Shown here: one piece after another, positions 56,928 through 64,000 of the stretch
How the letters are laid out: each line of letters begins with the position of its first letter
Position numbering within the stretch: position 1 is the stretch's first letter
NCBI GenBank assembly: GCA_034670045.1
Contig: JAXMOF010000011.1
Span: 12,121 to 76,120 of the forward strand
DNA from: Amylibacter sp.
GTDB taxonomy: Bacteria; Pseudomonadota; Alphaproteobacteria; Rhodobacterales; Rhodobacteraceae
Direction of reading: 5' to 3'
Length of the DNA stretch: 64,000 nt
Made by a program: the position numbers and the translations under genes
Notes under the pieces: generated by a model
Database searches by the model: none
What the model saw: only the letters and a program-made list of their open reading frames with translations
Told to the model about the DNA's origin: nothing

Positions 56928-57971
56928 TCAGCCCTTCGTTGAAAAATCCAGATCAATAGTCACGGGAAAATGATCCGAGGCGGTCAAAAGCGCGTCGCAG
57001 AAGGGTTTGTCGGCAAAACACTGGGGGTGGTCGAACGGGTGCCAGATTTTCCACTGCGGGTTGGTTTTACGGCGCAATTCAGGGGAAATCATGATGTAAT
57101 CCAGCAGTGCATTCAAGTAGGTTTTGGTGGTGTGGTTGTAAAACCGCGCCGTGGTCGGTGTCGCGGTGCGCGGGGTCAGTTTCTTGCTGGCATGGGGGTC
57201 AAACAGGGTTTGTTCGGGCGGTTTGTTGACGCCCAGTACCACCTCGATGCCGGATTGGCCGAACAGGCGTTCATATTCATCAAGCCCGGGACCATCGTTG
57301 AAATCCCCCATCACCAGCAAATCATCACCCGCCGCCAGATGGTCGTCAATCCGCTGGCGCAGCCAGATGCACTGGGCCAGTTGTTTGCGCCGGTTGTCGA
57401 TGGAAATACGCACCTCTTGGGTGTGATTGCGCGCGCCGTGGGGGGCTTTGGATTTGGTATGCACTCCGATGATGCGAAACGGCGGGCCGCCTTTGGGCTG
57501 AAACGCCAGTTCCAGCGGCGGTTTGGAAAAAATCACCGTGTCGGGTTGGTTGTCTACGTCCAGATCAATCTTGAACATCCCGTCAAAGCGGGGGGCTTTG
57601 GGGGATCCGTCGGGGCTGCTTTCCAGCCCTTGCGGGTCGTGGCGCACGTCAATCTGTGTGGGGTCGTAGAGGAAGGAAATTTCCTGCTGCGTGTCGTTTT
57701 CAAAGCCGGTGATCGCGGTGTTCTGGCGCAGGTTGAAATGGGCGGCAAAGGCTTCAAGGGCCAGCTTGCTGGATTGGGTGCCGCCGGAATCCGGTGCCTC
57801 GATCACCATGATCCCGTCGGCGTCAAGTGTTCGGAACACAAGGCCAAGGGCGGCGAGCTGTTCGGCTTTGGTCACATTGTAGCGTCCTGACCAACTGGCA
57901 TCGTTGATTAGGGCGTTATGCTGATCAAACAGACTGGCGAACCATTCGACGTTATATGTGGCAATGCGCAT
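56928..57971 (-). CDS. Endonuclease/exonuclease/phosphatase (EEP) family protein
   Basis: ATYNVEW, GVHTKS, MGDFND, LLDYI, SDHFP. Confidence 0.9.
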   Translation of the reverse strand: MRIATYNVEWFASLFDQHNALINDASWSGRYNVTKAEQLAALGLVFRTLDADGIMVIEAPDSGGTQSSKLALEAFAAHFNLRQNTAITGFENDTQQEISFLYDPTQIDVRHDPQGLESSPDGSPKAPRFDGMFKIDLDVDNQPDTVIFSKPPLELAFQPKGGPPFRIIGVHTKSKAPHGARNHTQEVRISIDNRRKQLAQCIWLRQRIDDHLAAGDDLLVMGDFNDGPGLDEYERLFGQSGIEVVLGVNKPPEQTLFDPHASKKLTPRTATPTTARFYNHTTKTYLNALLDYIMISPELRRKTNPQWKIWHPFDHPQCFADKPFCDALLTASDHFPVTIDLDFSTKG

Positions 57972-58003
57972 GTTGTGTCCGTTTCAGTCTGCTATCGTTC
58001 GTT

Positions 58004-58690
58004 TCAGTCGGGGGCGTGTTTTTCCGACAGGGTTTCCCAAGCCAGATTAACGGCAATCATGTGTTTGGTGGCAAGGGTTATGGCCTCTTCCGGCAGACCG
58101 CGGGCCAGCAGGCGATCGGGGTGGGTATCGCGGATTTTGGCGCGCCATGCCTTGCGGATGTCTTCAAACGGGGTGTCAGGGGTGACGCCCAGCACGTCAT
58201 AGGCATCCGGTGTGGCATCGGGTACGAACTGGGCACGCAGGCTGTGGAAACTGCGTTCGCTTATGCCGAAAATATTGGCCACAGAATGGATGAAATCATT
58301 TTCCGAGGGGTGGTACTGCCCGTCGGCCATTGCGATGTAAAACAGCCCCTCGATCAGGTTTTCCAGCGTGGCGCTGTCGTGGCGGAACATTTTGGCGATG
58401 GTGCCTGCATAGACTTCATACCCCGCAACATCCTGACGGGCGAGGTTATAGACACGGGCGGCCTGAGACTCGTCCCGTTTGTGGATTTGAAACACCTGAC
58501 GAAAGGCAGCGACCTCGTCCTTGGTGACAAGCCCGTCGGCCTTGGCCATTTTTGCGCCCAGTGCGATCACGGCAATGGTAAAGGCAACCGACCGTTCCGG
58601 CGGGGTTTTCAGCCGCTCAAAAACATCGGCAAGGCTTTCGCCTTTGGTCAATGCCGACAAAGCCTCGGCAATTCGGGTCCAGATTGACAT
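58004..58690 (-). CDS. djlA: DjlA-like co-chaperone (TerB + J domain)
   Basis: AKMAKADGLV, ADGQYHPSE and a J-domain HPD motif. Confidence 0.88.
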   Translation of the reverse strand: MSIWTRIAEALSALTKGESLADVFERLKTPPERSVAFTIAVIALGAKMAKADGLVTKDEVAAFRQVFQIHKRDESQAARVYNLARQDVAGYEVYAGTIAKMFRHDSATLENLIEGLFYIAMADGQYHPSENDFIHSVANIFGISERSFHSLRAQFVPDATPDAYDVLGVTPDTPFEDIRKAWRAKIRDTHPDRLLARGLPEEAITLATKHMIAVNLAWETLSEKHAPD

Positions 58691-58722
58691 GGGCCGTCCT
58701 TTTGTGTGCGCTTGGGGGCTGG

Positions 58723-59211
58723 TTACAGCAGTTTTTGTAACAAAACCAGATCAAGCCATTGGTCGAATTTACGTCCAACCTGCGGCAATGTGGCAATTCG
58801 GGTGAAACCGCGTTGGATGTGAAAGGCGATTGCGGCGGGATTGGCGGCGCTGACCCCTGCGATCAACGCGTGAATCTGTGCGGTTCTGGCATGGGCTTCA
58901 AGGGCCTGCATCAAGGCGGTGCCTGTGCCGTGCCCCCGTGCTTGTGGCGCCAGATTGATCGAATGCTCCATAGTCTGCGCATAGCCGGGACCCGCGCGGA
59001 ACGGGCCGTAACAGGCAAAGCCGAGGATGGTCTGGTCCAGATCGGCAACTAGAAACGGCCAGCGGTTTTCGCTGTGGTTTTTTAGCATCTGCACAATCAT
59101 GTCGGGCGTTTTTTCATCGGTGGTAAAGGTGATCAGCGTGTCACGGATGATCGGGTTCCAGATGGCGCAGATGTGCGCGGCGTCGGCAGGGGTGGCGGGG
59201 CGGATTTTCAT
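58723..59211 (-). CDS. GNAT acetyltransferase (phosphinothricin acetyltransferase / YncA-like)
   Basis: GFACYGPFR..GY..T.EHSI, GRKFDQWLD. Confidence 0.9.
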   Translation of the reverse strand: MKIRPATPADAAHICAIWNPIIRDTLITFTTDEKTPDMIVQMLKNHSENRWPFLVADLDQTILGFACYGPFRAGPGYAQTMEHSINLAPQARGHGTGTALMQALEAHARTAQIHALIAGVSAANPAAIAFHIQRGFTRIATLPQVGRKFDQWLDLVLLQKLL

Positions 59212-59264
59212 GAAACGACCTTGCCCGCTGGGCCTGTGCTGTCAAGGCGGAGCTGCACCGGCGA

Positions 59265-59879
59265 TTATTCAGCGGCGATGTTTGGCGCAGGCTCGGCGTG
59301 AACCTGCGCCTGTTTTTTGTGCCAGCCCAGCGTCCATGCGGCAGGCGGGGCCATGCGGGCGCGGCGGCGTTGCAACAGCCAGCGGCTTTCGTCGCCTGTG
59401 TGACGGGGGGCCATGTGCCAGCGGGTTTCGATGCCTTGCGCCCCCCCATCCCCCGGAGTCAGCAACAGGGGCAGGATTTTGATCTTGCCCATGTCCGCCC
59501 CCGTTTCAGCCGCAAGGTGCAGGCGGCGGATCGGGGTCAGGGGCGGGGGGGCATCACATTCCGCAATCACAAGCGGGATACAGCCCGCACGCAGGGATTC
59601 TTCCATACACCACAAGATGTCTTCGGCCCGTCCGGGGCGCACAAAGGTCAGGCGGCCCGGATCAATGAACCGCAAAATGCCCTGCGGGTTCAGCCCGTCC
59701 GGATGCCACCGGGGCTTTATCCACAGAACCGGCGTATCCGTGGCGCTGGCGATCATCAGGGCCAGCGTGCGCCGCGCAGGGCCACACAATTCATGGGCGC
59801 GGTTATAGGGCAGGGTGATGTCCGCCGCGATTTGATGGGCGGTTTCGGTTTTATGGGGGCGTCGGGACAAGGTGCTCAT
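59265..59879 (-). CDS. imuA: ImuA-family protein (RecA/SulA-like)
   Basis: HELCG, VLWI, DPGRL, DILWCMEESLR, RRLHLAAE; LexA box upstream. Confidence 0.85.
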   Translation of the reverse strand: MSTLSRRPHKTETAHQIAADITLPYNRAHELCGPARRTLALMIASATDTPVLWIKPRWHPDGLNPQGILRFIDPGRLTFVRPGRAEDILWCMEESLRAGCIPLVIAECDAPPPLTPIRRLHLAAETGADMGKIKILPLLLTPGDGGAQGIETRWHMAPRHTGDESRWLLQRRRARMAPPAAWTLGWHKKQAQVHAEPAPNIAAE

Positions 59880-59895
59880 GAAGGGAGATTACCGT

Positions 59896-59910
59896 GTTCT
59901 CTTTTTGTTC
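59896..59910. promoter_or_regulatory. Alphaproteobacterial LexA (SOS) box
   Basis: Exact GTTC-N7-GTTC (GTTC-TCTTTTT-GTTC), 16 bp upstream of imuA. Confidence 0.88.
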
Positions 59911-60000
59911 TCAAGATATTTTTGCGGTTTTCGCCGTTGACAGCAGGGGAAATCCGCCCATGTTCCGCGTAACTTCAATAGACCGACAGGACAGCAGCCT

Positions 60001-61047
60001 ATGCGCTATCGCCAGCTTAGCACCACCGACCTTAAAATCAGCGAACTTGCCCTAGGGTCGATGACATGGGGCACCCAAAATACCGAGGCCGAAGGCCATG
60101 CCCAAATCGACCGCGCGCTGGAGCGGGGCGTTAATATCATCGACACCGCTGAAATGTATCCAACCAATCCACTGTCCAAAGAAACCCAAGGCGATACGGA
60201 ACGGGTGATCGGCAGTTGGAACGCTCAAAACAAGGCGCGGCGCGGGGATTACGTCCTGGCCACCAAAGTTTCGGGCAGCGGCTATAAAAACGTGCGCGAC
60301 GGGGCGCCGATCAGCCGTGAAACGATCCACACGGCGCTGAACGCCTCGTTACAATCCTTGCAGACGGATTACGTGGATATTTACCAGCTACACTGGCCCA
60401 ATCGCGGGTCGTATATGTTCCGCCAGAACTGGACCTATGACCCGACAGGACAGGACACAGCCGAGGTGGACCGCCATATGGCAGAGGTTCTGGAAACCGT
60501 CGGTGAATTGGTAAAAGCGGGTAAAATCAGGCACTTTGGCCTGTCTAACGAAAGTGCTTGGGGCTGTGCGCGCTGGGTGCGGATGGCCGATGACATGGGG
60601 CTGCCGCGGGTGGTATCCGTGCAGAACGAATATTCGTTGATGTGCCGCATGTTTGATACGGATATGGCGGAAATGGCCCATCATGAAAAGGTGGATCTGC
60701 TGTCGTTCTCGCCGCTAGCAGCGGGCTTGCTAAGCGGGAAATATCAGGGCGATGTAACGCCGGAAAAATCGCGGCGCAGCTATGTGAAAGACCTTGGCGG
60801 GCGAATGACACCGCGCACGCTGCCGATTGTGGCCGAATATCTGGGGGTGGCAAAAAAACACGGGCTGAACCCTGTGCACATGGCGCTGGCATGGTGCCGC
60901 ACGCGGCCCTTTATGGGCACAGCGATCTTTGGGGCAACCACAATGGACCAGCTTGATCTGGCACTGGGATCGGTGGAGGTAGAACTGTCAGACGAAGTGC
61001 TGGCCGATCTGAACACCGTCCACAAAGCCAATCCGATGCCCTATTAA
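60001..61047 (+). CDS. Aldo/keto reductase (Tas-like)
   Basis: LGSMTWG, DTAEMYP, YQLHWPNR, GLSNE, SVQNEYSL. Confidence 0.92.
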   Translation: MRYRQLSTTDLKISELALGSMTWGTQNTEAEGHAQIDRALERGVNIIDTAEMYPTNPLSKETQGDTERVIGSWNAQNKARRGDYVLATKVSGSGYKNVRDGAPISRETIHTALNASLQSLQTDYVDIYQLHWPNRGSYMFRQNWTYDPTGQDTAEVDRHMAEVLETVGELVKAGKIRHFGLSNESAWGCARWVRMADDMGLPRVVSVQNEYSLMCRMFDTDMAEMAHHEKVDLLSFSPLAAGLLSGKYQGDVTPEKSRRSYVKDLGGRMTPRTLPIVAEYLGVAKKHGLNPVHMALAWCRTRPFMGTAIFGATTMDQLDLALGSVEVELSDEVLADLNTVHKANPMPY

Positions 61048-61063
61048 TCAGCCAATTACGCTT

Positions 61064-61096
61064 AAGAAGGCGGCTTACAGGTTAAGCCGTCTTTTT
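61064..61096. terminator. Bidirectional terminator
   Basis: AAGAAGGCGGCTTA-CAGGT-TAAGCCGTCTTTTT. Confidence 0.7.
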
Positions 61097-61966
61097 GCCA
61101 CGCCACAGGATGAACAGGCCCGACAGCACGATCAGGCCGGAGCCGAGGATCATTGACGAACTCAGGCTCTCGCCAAAGACCAGAACGCCGAGGCCGATGC
61201 CAAACAGCAGGCGGGTGTAGCGGAAGGGGGTGACGGCGGACACATCGCCGGTGCGCATGGCCTTCATCAGGCAGGAATAGGCGCCTGCACCTGCCAAAGC
61301 GGCGGCGGTCATGCTGAGGGTGGCAGGGGTGTCGGGCCAGACAAAGGCTGCGCCTTCCCATATGGCAAAGGCGATACCTGCGACCACAACTGACAGAAAT
61401 CCGTAGAGCCCCAACAGCGATGTGCTAAGCGTTGCGGGCGCTGCGCGGCTGGCCAGATCGCGCCCCGCAAAGCCCAGCATCCCGATGATTGCGAGGATCG
61501 ACAGCAGGGAAAAGCTTTCAGCGCCCGGGCGGATCAGGATAATCACGCCGAACAGGCCGACAAAAATGGCAGTCCAGCGCCGCCAGCCCACGGCTTCGCC
61601 AAACACCAGCGCCGCGCCTGCGACCACCACCAATGGGGTGGCCTGCAGGATCACCGTGGCAGCAGACAGCGGGGTCAGGGTGATGGCCAGTACATAGAAC
61701 AGGCGGCCCATGATTTCAAAGCCGACGCGGATGCGCATGGGGCGGGAAATCACGTCTTTGGTGTAAAGTGGCTCTCCTCGCACAAGAGAGATCGCGGCGA
61801 AAATCACCGCGCCGCCAAGCCCGAAAAGGATCAGGATTTCGCCCACGGGCAGGCTGGCCCCTGCGGCTTTCAGTAAGGAATCCTCTACCGCAAAAATCGC
61901 CATGGCAGCCACCATGAACAGGCCCCCGATCAGGTTGGCCGAGTGGCCTTGAGCGCGTGATGTCAT
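61082..61966 (-). CDS. DMT/EamA-family transporter
   Basis: About 10 TM segments; FGEAVGWRRW, VTPFRYTRL. Confidence 0.9.
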   Translation of the reverse strand: MTSRAQGHSANLIGGLFMVAAMAIFAVEDSLLKAAGASLPVGEILILFGLGGAVIFAAISLVRGEPLYTKDVISRPMRIRVGFEIMGRLFYVLAITLTPLSAATVILQATPLVVVAGAALVFGEAVGWRRWTAIFVGLFGVIILIRPGAESFSLLSILAIIGMLGFAGRDLASRAAPATLSTSLLGLYGFLSVVVAGIAFAIWEGAAFVWPDTPATLSMTAAALAGAGAYSCLMKAMRTGDVSAVTPFRYTRLLFGIGLGVLVFGESLSSSMILGSGLIVLSGLFILWRGKKTA

Positions 61967-62082
61967 GGGGTTTCCAGTGTTCTTAGGGGCTTGGATCTGG
62001 GTTCGGGTGCAAAAACGCACCCTTGCAATCGGGCTGTTCCTGACGGGATTGGGCGGGCTTGTCAATTGGGGGCAGGGCGTGG

Positions 62083-63084
62083 CTAGGGCGCGCGCAAACC
62101 ACTGGGCGCGGCCCCGAAGGTTTCCTTGAACGCCCGCGAAAACGCCGCGAGAGAGTTGAAACCGCAGCGCACGGCGATGTCTTGCAGGGGGGCGCGGGTG
62201 TCGATGACCATGCGGTGGGATTCCGCCAGCCGCAAAGCCCGAAAGGTTTTGCCGGGGCTGGTGCCCAGTTCAGCAGCGAACAGCATTTCAAGGCGGCGCA
62301 CCGACAGGCCGCAATGGCGGGCGATGGCGGCGGTGGGGATCGGGTCCTCGATATGCTGTTCCATCAGTTGCAAGGCACGTGCCACGGGGGGCGAGCGGCG
62401 TTTCAGGCGGGATACCGTCACCAGCGATTGCGGGTCCGATCCCGCGTGAACCGGATCATACAGAAAGGTCCGCATGACGCTTTCGGCCAGTGACCGGCCG
62501 TGGTGGGTCTGGATCAGATGCAGCATCATGTCGATGCAGGGACTTGCCCCGCCTGTAGTGATGAACTTGCCCGATTGCACAAAACGGTCGCGCACCACTT
62601 CGGTTTCGGGAAAGTCCCGTTCCAGTTTTTCCAAGTCTTCCCAGTGGGTTGTGGCGCGGTGTCCGTGAAGCACGCCGCAGCGGGCCAGCACTTCGCCGCC
62701 GCCGTCAATGGCGCAGACAAGCGGTGTTTGATGGATGGCGGCCAGCAATCTGCGGCGGTTGTCTCGGGTGGTGTGTGCCGCAATATCAAACCCCGCGATA
62801 ATGGCGAGCATGTGGGCTGGCGGCAGATCAGCGGCAGGGTTCGCGGGCAGGTCTACGCCTGTTGTCAGGCGCACGGGGGCGTCGGTCAGGGTGGCGATGT
62901 CCCATGTGTAAACCTCGGCCCCGGCGGCGCGGTTTGCGGCGCGTAACGGGTCCAGCACTGCGGCAAGGCAGAGCATATTGCTGTGGGGCATGACCAGAGC
63001 GCGGGTGTGAAACGGGCGCAGGGGCGCGCGTGAATTCTGGCCAAAGCTGTTGTGTTTTGCGGGCGGAATTTTTGCGGTATTCAT
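62083..63084 (-). CDS. GlxA-family AraC regulator (CdhR/GbdR-like)
   Basis: DPLRAANR, RATTHWE, TTGGASPCIDMML and an AraC HTH; divergent from the BKACE gene. Confidence 0.9.
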   Translation of the reverse strand: MNTAKIPPAKHNSFGQNSRAPLRPFHTRALVMPHSNMLCLAAVLDPLRAANRAAGAEVYTWDIATLTDAPVRLTTGVDLPANPAADLPPAHMLAIIAGFDIAAHTTRDNRRRLLAAIHQTPLVCAIDGGGEVLARCGVLHGHRATTHWEDLEKLERDFPETEVVRDRFVQSGKFITTGGASPCIDMMLHLIQTHHGRSLAESVMRTFLYDPVHAGSDPQSLVTVSRLKRRSPPVARALQLMEQHIEDPIPTAAIARHCGLSVRRLEMLFAAELGTSPGKTFRALRLAESHRMVIDTRAPLQDIAVRCGFNSLAAFSRAFKETFGAAPSGLRAP

Positions 63085-63165
63085 CAAATATGCTTCGTAA
63101 ACTGTAAAGCGCGACCCTGCAAGGGGCGGCACACTGGCCCCAACACACGAATTTGGGAGCAGATC

Positions 63166-64000
63166 ATGCCTTTGGAAATGAACACCGACGTCTTTATCAC
63201 TTGTGCCGTGACAGGGGGCGGGGGCACGCAGGACCGCAGCCCCCATGTGCCCCGCTCCCCTGAACAAATCGCCAACAGTGCGATTGCGGCGGCCAAAGCG
63301 GGCGCGGCGGTGGTGCATTGCCACGTGCGCGACCCTGAAACCGGTGCGCCGCGCCGAGACGGGCATCTGTACCGCGAAGTGACCGAACGGATTCGCGCTG
63401 CTGACGTGGATGTGGTGTTGAACCTGACCGCAGGCATGGGCGGGGACATTGTCTTTGGCGATGTGGAAAACCCCATGGACCTAAGCAAGACAGGCACCGA
63501 CATGGCTGGCGCGACGGAACGCATGGCCCATGTGCTGGACTGTCGCCCCGAAATCTGCACGCTTGATTGTGGCACCATGAATTTTGCCGAAGCCGACTAT
63601 GTGATGACCAATACGCCGGGCATGTTGCGCGCCATGGGGCAGATGATGACGGATTGCGGTGTGAAGCCTGAAATCGAGGCGTTTGACACGGGGCATCTCT
63701 GGTTTGCCAAACAACTGGTAAAAGAGGGTGTTCTGGACAGCCCTGCCTTGGTGCAGCTTTGCATGGGGGTGCCTTGGGGGGCGCCGGACGATCTGAATAC
63801 CTTTATGGCGATGGTAAACAATGTGCCCGAGGACTGGAACTGGTCCGCCTTTGCGCTGGGCCGTCATCAACAGCCTTTTGTGGCGGCTGCGGTACTGGCA
63901 GGGGGCAATGTTCGCGTAGGTCTAGAGGACAACCTGATGCTGGGGCGCGGTAACCTTGCCACCAATGAAATGCTGGTGGAAAACGCCGTTGGCATCATTG
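63166..64000 (+). CDS. Beta-keto acid cleavage enzyme (BKACE/DUF849), carnitine-catabolism type; 3' truncated and absent from the ORF track
   Basis: Read directly from sequence: MPLEMNTDVFITCAVTG...AAVVHCHVRDPETG...LNLTAGMGG...PEICTLDCGTMNF...KPEIEAFDTG...VRVGLEDN. GGGAG RBS. Confidence 0.9.
   Translation, partial: MPLEMNTDVFITCAVTGGGGTQDRSPHVPRSPEQIANSAIAAAKAGAAVVHCHVRDPETGAPRRDGHLYREVTERIRAADVDVVLNLTAGMGGDIVFGDVENPMDLSKTGTDMAGATERMAHVLDCRPEICTLDCGTMNFAEADYVMTNTPGMLRAMGQMMTDCGVKPEIEAFDTGHLWFAKQLVKEGVLDSPALVQLCMGVPWGAPDDLNTFMAMVNNVPEDWNWSAFALGRHQQPFVAAAVLAGGNVRVGLEDNLMLGRGNLATNEMLVENAVGII

Overview
This is a 64-kb stretch of an alphaproteobacterial chromosome, most likely Rhodobacteraceae (Roseobacter group). 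The assignment rests on the ecm/ccr-luxR-luxI-helicase block, the G-1-less tRNA-His, and an alpha-type LexA box and CtrA box. Most genes are housekeeping or metabolic: ethylmalonyl-CoA pathway (ecm, ccr), ppaC, tsaB, rimI-like, nfu, pth, rplY, lldD, riboflavin genes with nusB and nrdR, kpsS/kpsD/kpsC capsule export, dnaG-rpoD, rluD-rpoH, pepF, djlA, and quaternary-amine catabolism (MttB-like, BKACE, two GlxA regulators). Signalling is represented by an H-NOX/GGDEF pair and an AHL quorum-sensing pair. I saw no CRISPR array, prophage, integrase or IS. The best candidates for undescribed biology are: (1) a translationally coupled two-gene membrane system at 42.4-43.9 kb that looks like a split HTTM / vitamin-K-dependent-carboxylase-like (SdpAB-like) enzyme, beside a secreted protein with a CtrA-like box; (2) a CHASE-sensor pseudokinase, an intact PAS kinase and a stand-alone receiver beside tRNA-His; (3) an imuA with a perfect LexA box but no imuB or dnaE2 next to it; (4) a roughly 570-bp AT-rich region with eight helically phased A/T tracts in front of an unknown 73-aa ORF; (5) an AT-rich PD-(D/E)XK-like ORF behind a zincin lipoprotein at the 3' end of rpoD. 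All family assignments come from motif recognition and memory; no database search was run.
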